Shown here in pieces: positions 1 to 11,720 of a DNA stretch of 64,000 nt (position 1 is its first letter; every line of letters starts with the position of its first letter). Source of the stretch: the human T2T-CHM13v2.0 reference genome, Homo sapiens; assembly GCF_009914755.1 (NCBI RefSeq), contig NC_060947.1. One strand, written 5' to 3'. The notes beneath the pieces are model-generated. The model did no database searches. It was not told the DNA's origin and was given only the letters and a program-made list of their open reading frames with translations. A program made the translations under genes and the position numbers.

Positions 1-750
1 GGCCTGTGATTGCTTGCCATAATAATAAGACTCACACATTCACCTAAAGTGGAAGACTGTGGACCAGCACTGAGCATGGAAAGAGGCTGGCAGCTACACT
101 CTAGCCTTGGAGCCCCTGGTTCTGTCTTGCAAACATTAATTTTGTGCCTGCTGCCTTGCTTGGCTTGACACTTGAATCATCAGTGTGATGATCCAAGCTT
201 CCATAAAGAACACTCTGCATAACTGAATATTAAAATTGGAGCAAGATAACAGCTGGTTATCCAGAAAAGAAAAGAGCAGGTGAAAAGGAAAGTTCATCTG
301 AACCTCTCTCTGCAGAGATCTGAATTGCCATTTGCTCAGGTTAGAGATTTTTCTGTAACATATTTTGACATCACACTGTTCCAACTCAGCCCTGCAACTG
401 ATAGTCCCACAATAGACAGTGCCCCCTCCCACCTCCAAATACACACACAATCACACCTAAACACACAATCACCCAGTTTTCTGCCCCTGGGTCTGGTGGG
501 AATAGGGGCCCTATCATGTCTGAATGCCCCACTTTCCACAGCACATTTTTACCTCAGCCTTAAAATTACTGCTAAGGTTATCGTCACGGTGTTGGGGATA
601 GGGGAGTTGGGGAGGCAGTACTGGAGTTGTTTGTGAAATTCTATTCCCCTCTGGAATTCAGTGCTTCAGGGCAGGACAAGAAGGGAGAACTCCCAGCCTT
701 TGCTTCTAAGGAGCTCCTAGGCTAACAGGGAGAGTCCTATATGTAACAGT

Positions 751-1049
751 CTGTTAGAAACTGGACCAAACAACAGGAAGTGACCGGCAGGCAGGAGGGC
801 AAGGTGAACATTACCTGAGCTCTGCCTTCTGTCAGATCAGCAGAGGCATTAGATTCTCATAGGAGCGTGAACCCTATTGCAAACTGCGCATGCGAAGGAT
901 CTAGGGTGCACTCTCCTTATGAGAATCTAACAAATGCCTGATGATCTGAGATGGAACACTTTTATCCCAAAACCTTCCTCCTCTCCATCCATGGAAAAAT
1001 TGTCTTCCATGAAACAGGTCCCTGGTTCCAAAAAGGTTGGGAACCGCTG
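751..1049 (+). mobile_element. MER1B-like hAT-Charlie DNA transposon (one end truncated)
   Basis: Recognisable MER1B segments: GGCATTAGATTCTCATAGGAG...CTCCTTATGAGAATCTAA internal palindrome and terminal CATGGAAAAATTGTCTTCCA...AAAAAGGTTGGGAACCGCTG. Confidence 0.85.
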
Positions 1050-4000
1050 CCTTAAAGAATAGCCCCTGTTATTTCTAAAGCTGGTTGGTGGAGTATCATT
1101 CTTTATACCTTGTAAACATATTCCAAGATAAATGTGAAAGGGAGAAAGACACTTCTTGGGCAGTAAGGCTGGGCCTCAAGGAAAACCTCACAGCCAAGTG
1201 AAAAACTCTAGGACCTACACATCCTTGTGAATCAAAGGCTGACTTGTCCTGCTGGGTTTGGGGCTGGAGTTCCTGGGAACAGAGTGATTTGGCAAATTGA
1301 ATCACAAAGAAGGCTGCTTTCCAGAGCCTTGACGCCCCAGTTAGAAGACAGTCTCTTTGGGCTTTCCCTTGCCCTTGCTCCTATGCTCTGTGAGGGTAGA
1401 GGCCAGCCCACTCACCTCTCTCTGTATTGTCCCCTTTCCTGTCACAGGGAGCTGCAGTGTGTTGTGGAAGGAGCCATGGACCACAGGGCTGGGGTCCAGG
1501 CCATGTCAGCCTCCCATCTGCCAAGGGACCCTGAATGGGCCAGTGTAGCCTGCTGAGACGCAGGTACTTGTGAGCTATTTTGAGATCAAAACAGCTCCTC
1601 TACCTATCCTTCTACCTGCCCACTCCAACTACAGTGGTGTGATGAGTTGATGTGATAATAGGCACAAAAAAAGCACTTTATAAACTGTATAGTACAGTGC
1701 AAATGAGAAAGACTGTCATTACAGTTATTATTACTCCTTCCAGGTCAGATCCCAGTTTCTTAGGAAGCAACTGACCATGTGTTAAAGGCTGTTCATTTGG
1801 GAAAGCCATTCACTGTGGGAAGCTCAGGGACTTGCTGCCTTGGCCCATGCTGAGAGGGAGACAGATATGAGGGGATTTTAAAAAGGTGTGTATATCTATA
1901 CAAACTCCTCTGCTAAGAGGTTTGAAAAGCCCTCTCTGTGTGTTGTGGGAGACAGATGAATTACGCAGGGTGTCCCTGGGATGGAGTTTCTCTCCGTCCA
2001 GTTCAGGCCCTTCTCCTAACCAAGTCCAGAGTCATCTTTGCTGGCAGATACCAGCCTTAAACTGGTACTCTGTGTTCTCTCTCCCAGAGCCATGTCCCCC
2101 CACAGTCATTCACAGTATCTCTGCCTATGTCACCCAGAACACTGGGAAGGAAGGTGGCAGGGTCACCCATAGCTGGTAGCTCCCTAGCGTAGCCCCACCT
2201 AGCTACCTCTGCCTTAGGCCTCTTCTCCATACTCTTTGCTATCCAACCAGGTGCCAAAGCTATCCTTCCTCAATGGGTTATGCTGCCTTTACTTAGGACC
2301 ACAAGAGTTCACCAAGAGAGTGAGGTGGGGCAGAAAGCAAAGGAGACAGCAAAGGACAGACTCTGCAGATCCCCTAGGCTGGGACTGGCTTTCCCTGGGG
2401 GTCCTGTCAAGAAAGTGGCACTGCCAAATGCAGGGCCCCACAACCCTCATGTTCCTTAACCAGTGTGGCTGAGTTTCAGGTGGGCTGGGGGTTAAGAGAA
2501 CCCTCCCAAGCCACTCTGTGGTCCCTTGCAGGGACTGCCTGCTGCAGCAGCTGCTATCATGGCAGAAAGCAGGCTGTGGTAGAAAGCGCTGGGGCCATTC
2601 CAGCTCCCTGAGCCAGATTCAAGCCATTCTGGGGCCAGTGGAAGGCTGGCTACAAAGGAAGAGCTTCTTCCTTCTCCTCTCCACTTAAAACATAGGCAGG
2701 AGGCCAGCCACATACCTGCCCTAGAGACCCTTCTCAAGGAGAAGGGACAGCTGCAATATGAGCCTTGCACATTCTGCTCCAAATCAGCTTCCCGGGGCCA
2801 GCATGGCCAACTTGAAGAGGGCTGAATTGGGGGAAGAAAAAGAAGCAAGTGGATTTATGCAGTAGCTCCAGAGACATGGCCTTGACCAGCCATAGTTCCT
2901 CAGGCCTGTTCCAAACAGTCTTCCTGAAAGCAAGCCCACTTCAGGCCCACCTGCCCTTCTGTATGTTGGGGAGGGTTGGTTAAAGAAAAAATGGTGAGGA
3001 TGGCCCTCCAGAGAGCTGGCCATTTCAGCGCTGGAATCAACTCTGCCCAGCTAGGGGAAATCCAGCAAGTTTTTTCCCATGTTTATGCCTCAATTTCCTT
3101 AACTGTAAAATGAGGTCATTGAGAGTGCCTACCTCTTAAGGCTATTGTAAGAAGTAAAACCAATGCACATAATGTACCAAATCAAGTGCATTACATAGCA
3201 GAAGCTAAAAACATTATAGTAACCAACTTTTATTCATATTTTATTCAAACTGTGGTAGAACAATTTCTAGAAGTAAAATCATCTCAGTCAGGTTGAGTAG
3301 GGTGCTCCCTAGGGCTCTGTGGGTAAGTCACCAAACCTCCTTGGGGCTCAGTTTTCCCAAATGGCAAATGGTAAATGAAGATAACTGTGTGGTCATGTCA
3401 TAGGAGGCTTTACTTGCTCATTTAGCCAACTTTTGATATTCAGGGACCTAAAAGAGTCAGCTACTGGCTAGCAGCCAAGGATTATCTGGGACTTTCAACT
3501 AGCCAGGTTCTCTAGCCCAGGTCAAACTCAGCTAAAAGTACCAACATCAAAGGAAATGCAAATCAACAGATATCCTTCACCCTCAGGGTATTTACCACTT
3601 TATAAAGCACTCCCTACTCCCATACCCCCCCATTTGCCCTCCTCAGCCACCCATTACTCAGGCCTGGTGGGGGATGGCAACTCCTTGTCACAGAGAAGGA
3701 AACTGTGCCTAGACTTGGGAAAAGACTTGTCCAAGGTCACATAGTGAAATGGTGACAGAGCCACACTAGCTCCCAGAACTGTTGAGTCTCAATTTCATGC
3801 CATTCTGCTGCACTGTGCAGGCCACCAATCAAAGGAGGAAGACTGAGCAAGAGAACTGCAAAGTTTACCCTCACACCAGCAAGAACTATAATCTCCCAAT
3901 CCCATCCCACCTCTGTCCCAGCCCTGCTAAGCCTTCTTTGCCACATTTCCAGTCCTCACTGGTTGCCACTGTTTGGGTCCTACCAAACACATTCCAGGAA

Positions 4001-4669
4001 GCCTGCTGACATCAGAATCTAGGGGCCAACAACCCAGCCTGTGGCTGCTCTCCTCATCAGCAACCCTACCACCACTCCTCTCAAACTACAGGACATGTCA
4101 CTCTACTCCCCTTTTCCTTAAGAGATAGGTTTGAGTGGCCCAAAAACGAGAAACCTGCCAACGTGGACAAAGATGCAGAATTTGAGCTATTTGAAGAAAA
4201 TGACTTATCAGATGATCTGGAACTTGAATGATCCATTTTTAACACCCATAGCCAAGTACTGCCCTCAAAACTATTTGGTCAGAGCCTAAAGGAAGGGCTG
4301 CTTGGCTTGGTTGGCTGATGGAGTTGTAGATGCAGCTGGCAGAGCCCCTTCAGCTCCTCCCCTAATTTGCAGCCTTCCTGCTGAGGGGCACCTCCTGCCC
4401 AGAGGGCATCTCACCAACTCCAGATGCAGCAAGACCCCAAATTGGGACTTCTCTCTCCTGTCCCAATTCCCCCACCAGCCCCTCTCAACTGATTTGTTTA
4501 CATACTGAGCTTTGTATAATTCATCCTGACGGGCTTTGGTCTGTTCATTCATCTCTCTCAAATTGACCCTCCTTCATCTTACAGTCACTACAACTAGCAC
4601 ACAGCAGGAGCTCAAACAATGCTGATTCAACTGAATTCTAATTCACCTGAAGTTTCTTGGTGCGGAACT

Positions 4670-4855
4670 GGAATGCCAGCCTCACCTTCTATAGGCTGTG
4701 TGGTTTGAGAAAGTGGCCTAACCTCTCTGACACTCAAATGCCTTATCTGTAAAATGAAGAAAATGCTATCTACCATGCAGGATTGTGGTAAGGATTAGAG
4801 ATGATCAATGTAAAAGCAAACTGGTAACTACATACTAAGCAGATATTCAATAAAG
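4670..4855 (+). mobile_element. MIR SINE fragment (other MIR pieces near 3085-3190, 7680-7800, 13500-13640, 14170-14400, 17700-17850, 25860-26050, 32300-32470, 33700-33920)
   Basis: MIR core-like AACTCTCTGA...CCTTATCTGTAAAATG...CTACC...AGGATTGTGGTAAGGATTA; boundaries approximate. Confidence 0.65.
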
Positions 4856-6722
4856 GGCTCTTGTGATGAGGCCACTTGTAGGCACCTTTTCCTCTCCAGC
4901 TCCCCAATTGCCACCCCACATTCTCCGAAGATGACACAAGCCTCTTAGCTGAGCTCCCTCTAGTCCCTCCCTACCGCAGCACCCCCTGGCTCCCCTCTCC
5001 CATCTCATTCATCCTGTACGTTGTTGCCAGATTCATTTTCTTACAACTCCTGTTTCAGCACTTCACTCCTCCACTTACCAAATTATTCTGCATTGCCTAC
5101 AGGATAAGGGCCAAAACCCTATGTCTGATGTTAAAGGCTTGCTCTCCCTGAATGCTCCTTACAAGTTTCTCAGCCTTGTTTCTCTGCCTCTTGGCCCCAG
5201 CCCCAAATACACAGGGGTTTGCCCAGTCTGGGAGATGTGGTCACCCAGATACCACCTCTCCCTAGAAATGGGCTTTCCTGGTGAGTCTTCTTAGTGCCCC
5301 AGGTTCCTCCTCAGGCTCTTGAGGTCCCCTCCCTGCCCAGCTTGCCTTGAATGACAGGGACTTTGGGAGCCACTTACTTGCCACTCCCATCTTAGGCTCC
5401 CAAACTTTCTTAGAGAGAAGTGTATCTGAAGTGGGTACCATGCCCGCCTGCATAGGCTTCCACTAAGTCAGTACTAGCCCAGCTAGAGCGAGATCAGACA
5501 GGTGCCAACCCTTCCCCACCCCCCGTTCAAATGAAGAATAGGAGAGGAGCTAACTCCAGAGAAACAGATGTGACAGAGCAGCCAAGGAAACCCTACAGAG
5601 GAGCAGCTGGGTCAAGTGAACAATGGATACCTCTGACTTTCCTATGTGTCCACTCCCCTCTACTAACCATGCCCTGTGTGAGAAACCAAGTGAGGAAACT
5701 GAAGCTTGGGAGGGGACAAGGAGAGTGTGATTCGAGGAAGAACTCTGGAATTGAATTGCGGACCAGGAGCTTTGGACTTCTGAGTTAACTTGAGCAAATC
5801 CTTTCCCTGTTCTGGACCTCAGTTTCTTCATATAGAAATGGGAGATTGGACCAGGGAGTCTGCTTGCTCCAAGTTGCCCTGAGAGGCTGGGGGAGGAGTG
5901 GTCTTGTGCCCAGTTTTCTAATGGCTGCTGAGTCAGAAGGCATAGCAGGGGGCACTGGATTGGCTTTGAGGGTCCTAGGTCTTACTGTTAGGCCTGGTTA
6001 CCTAGCTGGTTCGACCTAGTTCACCACTTCAGGACAAAGGTGCACTGTGGCCCAGCCTCACTCCTTACACCACCCCTCAACATTTTGCTCTTTCAAAATG
6101 CACTGAGTCTGGCCTGTGAATATTTCCAACATATCCAGAAAGGAGGGGGGCCAGAACTGGTCATGCCATTCCTCATTCCCCTGAAAAGAGCCACAGCCCC
6201 CAGCAAGAAGGGCTGAGCAGATGGAGAGGGAGGGTTGAGGCATACTCACTAGGGATGGAGGGTTAGTATCCACTTGGAAGCCCAGCGGGGGTAAAAACTG
6301 TAGGAGATGAAAGCAATGAAACCTCTATGCTGAAAAAAAATGCACATCAAAGGGTCACAAAGGCCACTGCAGCACCAGTATGCCTGCCTATGACCACACC
6401 AAGCCCCTCAGGTCATTTTCTCCATTGTTCATATTTTCCCCTAATTCCAAAAGGGGAGGTGGAGGGAGCAACATACTCTTACTGGGCTAGCACCTGTACC
6501 TCTGTAGTGGTTCTGGTTCCCCTGCCTGCCTTTGCTAGAAATACACTTACACACGCACAGGTTTGAAAAATAAGACGAAGCAGAGGAGATGGAAGACTCT
6601 GAGATTATTTAATTCAGAGAACAGAAGTTGGGGGTGCAGAGAGAGTTTAATGCCTATGAAATCTCCAATAGATCGTTAAGCAGAAGAGCAATGGTGGCCA
6701 GCTGCTCGCAACTCCTTCCCCC

Positions 6723-6724
<2 letters not shown>

Positions 6725-6766
<42 letters not shown>
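6725..6766. repeat. (CA)21 microsatellite
   Basis: Uninterrupted CA run read directly. Confidence 0.97.
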
Positions 6767-6767
<1 letters not shown>

Positions 6768-7100
6768 GGTTTAACTATAGCATGACAGGCTCAGATTATC
6801 CCTGAGAAAGAACTGGGCAATGAGGCAGGTGACCCAGGAATGAGTGACACAGAAAGGCTATGAAATATTGCCTCAGGGGCTTAACCCTTTATCACCCACT
6901 GTATCTGCCCAGACAGGATTCAGGTAGGGAAATTGAAATAACATTGGACATTCTCTCTTCTAGCCTCAGATAGCCTATCTGTTAAGCAAGGGGGCTGGAA
7001 ACCCCTTCTCCCTCTTGGTTCTACCTGCCAGGCTTGCTACTGTTTCCTAGTGGAGCAGAGTTGTTTCTTCCATACACACTATCTACGAGTGGAGATGTAA

Positions 7101-7412
<312 letters not shown>

Positions 7413-9529
7413 CTTAAGGAATTTTTAATACCTCCACTATGCTAGGAGGGGATCATTAGACTGCCAAATTCTTCCAACTACCTCCTCTCCTTTTGAAATT
7501 TTCAGTCCCAGCAAAGCTATAGGCCAAGACCAAGAGGCAAAAGAGACATTAAACGAGTGAGAGGCTCCCCTTATGAAGTTCCCAAGTTAACTCAGCCCCC
7601 CTTTCCTCTTAGGGAATGAGGGAGGTAAGATGAGGGGGATGGTTAATGAAATCTACATTGATTGGAGGCTGCTGGTTCCATGGAACATAGTGGAAAGAGC
7701 CACTGCACGGGAAGCAGGAGCCTATCCTTAAATAGCTGTGTGACCTTAAGCGAGCCCCTGTTGCTTTCCAAGGCTAAGGATTCTCATCTGTAAGCATAGC
7801 AGTTCAAACTGGTGCTCCCCAAGGACTGCCCATCTGAGAGGAAGGTGTTCAGCAGAGGCCTGGGGAACACTTCTCAGCCCCACTTCCCACCTCTTCCTGC
7901 CCTTTCCCCTGCAATGCCAAAGGGAGGCTGACATAGTAAAACTTTCCTTTGGAGGTAGCCTGCCCGCAGCTCTACTTCCAGATCCAAAGGTGACCTCTTA
8001 ACTGGCTGACTTTGCAGCATGCTTCTGATCCCTTTCTAAGACCCCATTCTAAAACTCATTCAAAAACCTTGTTTTTATTACTGCTTAGTTACATACAAAA
8101 ATAGCAACTCCCTGTCAATTCCCTACTCTTTGATGCCGCCTTCCCCTAAAAGGATCAGATTTCCATTCCACAGCCTGGCATCCGGGAAACCCCATCACTG
8201 AGCCTCAATCTCTTCTCTACCTCTGAGCCACACCATCTCAACCAGAATAGACTCATTCACTCCCTTCACCCTGCCTGTCAATCACTTTCTCCCCTCCCAT
8301 TCCTGGGTCTGCTTATGCTTTGCCTACTAAACCCCTCTACTTTCTGGCAGCTTCCATGGATGATCCCCCTGCTTATACAGATCTTTCATCTCTCTCCAAG
8401 TAGTTTGTCTCTTGGCTCATGAATCAGCAACCAAAGATATGCATGGTCTGGGATCTGAGCATTCCAAATCCTGGGCCTGTTGTTGGGGGAAGATATATCA
8501 TGATTTTTTTCTTGTAGTTGCAATCATCCCCCTTCTAATCCATCCTCATTAGGCACACTCAATACATATCTGAGCCTTGAGTATCATTTCTCTAGCCACT
8601 TTCATATGAATCAGGACAAGCGCAAGTTGGAAAGGTAAAGGTCTTCTGGAAAACTCTACAAAGAAAGCAAGTCCTTCCGGAACAATCATTAACTGCTCTG
8701 CACTGCTTGGCTTTGAGAGGGTTGTGGCTGAGGTCCAGGTTTTATTTACTCCTCCAAAGGGTTCTGAGAGAACCCAGACATCCATGATATCAGACAAAAC
8801 AGAGGCAGGCCAACTTAATTATAGTCTGCATCCTATTATAATTTAAGCCTGAATATGCCCAGGAGAAGTAGGCAGCCCTGGAGGAGTTCTGAGAAGAAAG
8901 AAGTCACCATGGGTGGGCAAGAGCCAGGCAGAAAGGCACCAAGGAAAAGGAAGGCCCAGAACTGAGGTTTGAGAAGGAAGAAGATTTGGACAGGTGTAGG
9001 CTGAGTGGGTTTGGGTGTGGGGAAGGGAGTTACATAGAGCAGATACATTAGGTGCCTGCTGGCCTGAGACAAGGCAGAGGGCAGGTCCAGCCCTGGGCTA
9101 GAGATGCCCAGCTGCAAGTAGAGGTTTGTGTTGGGGCCTAATCAAGGTGGGAGGAGGTGACTGTAGTGTGATATCTGTGGTCCTGGCTCCTGTCATAAAG
9201 GTCCAGAGCTAGCCTTCCCCCAAGTGAGGAATTTACTGGGTCTCGTTGCCCCTCCTCAAAGTGCCCAAGCTTTGCCTGGGCCCTGCAGCCCACAGGGCTC
9301 TCCACACCAGAGGTTAATCAAAGGTCCAAGAGCTTACCAAGCCCCCAGTGGCTTCCTCTGTCCTATTCCTCAAAAAGGCCTAGAGAGCCCACTGCCAGAG
9401 GTGCACCATGGTGCAGTGACTGTGCAGTGGGTGGTGCCGAATGAGGGGAGCCACACTGGGGGAGGGGGCTCTGCTGGAATCCCGGTGGGGCAGGCAGTCC
9501 AACAGTGCAGTGCCCTCTGCCTTGCCCAT

Positions 9530-11720
9530 GCCCACGCCGCTGCAGCAGGCAGGCAGAGCCGCAGAGGAAGATGTTTGTGTGTGGAACAAGGCTCGCCTTG
9601 ACCCCGCGGCCCTTGCCGAAAGCAGCCTGGCCAAACGGAGACCAGCTCTGCGGGGCCAGTCCAGCTGCCGCCTAGGCGCTTGGGCTGTGACGCATGTAGC
9701 GGGCACAGCCCCTCACCACCGGGGGAGCCAAGCAAAGTCCAGCGTTCGGGCGGTCACCAGTGTCAGAAGTGTCTCCAGCAGACAATGACAGGGGCCTGGC
9801 GGGCTGGGTATGTTAAGTAACTGCGAAGTTGGAGGGTTTGGCCACCTCGCTAGCTCTCCTGTACACAGAGATGGTATGATACGTTCCGTACTACAATGAG
9901 GGCTCCTTCGGCCTCTGGCAAGGAAATGCCCCCCAAACACCGTGCCTATTGCTATTTTTAAACGGGAGGCTGGAGAGGAAAACGCGGCCAGTATCCTCCA
10001 AGGGAAAAGGAGGTGAGGCGAGGCGAGGCGGGAGACAAAGCGGCCTTGCAGCTCTAACTCAAGGACTAGCTTGCGCCGCTGCTCTAACCCAAGGACCAGC
10101 AAGAGCCCGGCTGCCAGCCAGCCTGCCCGACCGCGGGGGCGGGCGCCAGATGCGCCCGGAGGCCCAGGAGGAGGGGCGCGGCTAGTTGGGGCCACAAGGC
10201 CAAGGTTCTGAAGGGAAGTGTGCGACTGAGCTCAGCCCACAGGCCCAACTGAGCTCCTCTGGGGAGGGGGCAGTCTGTGGATGTCCCAATCCACGCCAAA
10301 GCCGGTCTCCGTCGGGCCCAAGCCAGCACGCCAGCTTGAGTCCGCAGAAAGGAGGGAGAGGCTGGAGATGCACAGGGGAGGGGAGGGGCGGCAGCCAGGC
10401 AGCCGGAGAGAGGGGTGAGCGGTACCCGCGTTACACAGCTGTTCCAGCAAATGTGCTACAACAAAGCTGCAGAGCTCCTGGCCTACAAATGCATGGCTTG
10501 GGGTGCTGGCTGGCGGCGCCCTTCCCGGGACTGTGCGGCAGCACGTGCGGGCCCATCCCCGCCCCCCCGAAAGCCGGGAGGCTTGGCCCAGGCTAGCCTG
10601 CCTTCCTACCCGCCCTCCCCAACCCCCCTCCCCCCAGCCGTGGTCGCTTGTGCCCAGGGGACTCAAGGCCGCTCTGCCTCTCCACCCGACAGTCCGCAAA
10701 GCGGGTTCCAAAGGAGAGGGGCGAGCGACCGGGACTCCGACCCGCCTAGTCCTTAGTGCCCTCCTCCAGTCCGTAGGAGCAGAGCACGCGGGAATGCACC
10801 CGACCGCGGGCAGGCGGAGGCTCCTGGCTGTACGCAACGCTTACCCAGCCCGGTCAGGTTCCTAGCCCGGTTATTGTCCGCTGAGCCGCCCTGGGCCGGG
10901 CTGCAGCCTCGGCTGCCACGGCTGAGAGCGCCGCCACCGCAGCTGCTGCCGCCGTCGCCGCGGCTCCAGTCACCTCCAGCACTGACTCCCCTTCCCCAGG
11001 CTTTGGGTAGCTCCCCCATACCCCCTCCCCCAGTACTCCAAGGCCACCGGGTGGGGCATCTGCGTCCTGATTGGCAGGCATATGGCCCAATCGCTATGGT
11101 GGGAAGGCGTGCCCCGGCCCGCCCACTGTTTTCCTTGGTGCGTTTCTCTTTAAATGCAAATAAGTGCAGGCGTGGTGTTGGCAGGGGGCGGAGAGGGTGC
11201 GGAACCACTGGCTGGGGCTCCCCACTCCCGCCCCCACGCCGGGCTGGTAGTGGCGTGGCTACACCGTGGCCTCAAGGAGCCAGTCCTGCCCGGATGGGGC
11301 TCGCCGGATCGGTTTCGGTTTTCACGCACTCCCATTTCTGTGGCCGCTGTGCATTCGCGGTACTGTGCCCTGGCCGCCACCAGGACGTTTATTCCTGAGC
11401 TAGAGGCCGGCGGGGAGTAACGAGGCAGAGAGGTTGAGGAATCTGGGAAGACTGCAGAAACCTAAGGGCCGGCCTATCCTTAGTCGTAGAGACAAGGCCC
11501 TGCGGATCGCGCCGCCAGGCCACCCAGAGGAGGGACTCACCTGCCAGGAAAGCTAGCTGCAGCGCCTGCGCCCTAACTTCGTCCGCCTCTCTGGCACACC
11601 AGTGCCCTTAGAGACCATAGAGGCCAACTTCCACCCGTTACCGACGGGCCCTCTGCTGCCCAGAGTGGGGAAAGTCCCTCCCCACAGTTACCCAGCCTGC
11701 CGGCGACAAGGGCCAATTTG
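9530..11720. promoter_or_regulatory. AMER1: CpG island / promoter (putative AMER1)
   Basis: Sharp rise in GC and CpG. CCAAT boxes at 11070-11074 (ATTGG) and 11087-11091, GC boxes near 11118, 11184 and 11228, octamer ATGCAAAT at 11154-11161. Confidence 0.85.
10845..10995 (-). other. AMER1: Non-coding first exon (5' UTR), putative AMER1 exon 1; 5' end approximate
   Basis: GC-rich GGCGGCAGCAGCTGCGGTGGCGGCG leader ending at donor CTGG|GTAAGC; CCAAT boxes about 80-100 bp upstream. Confidence 0.7.

Noticed and set aside
845-938. Long hairpin resembling a pre-miRNA
   Set aside because: It is the intrinsic internal palindrome of MER1B.
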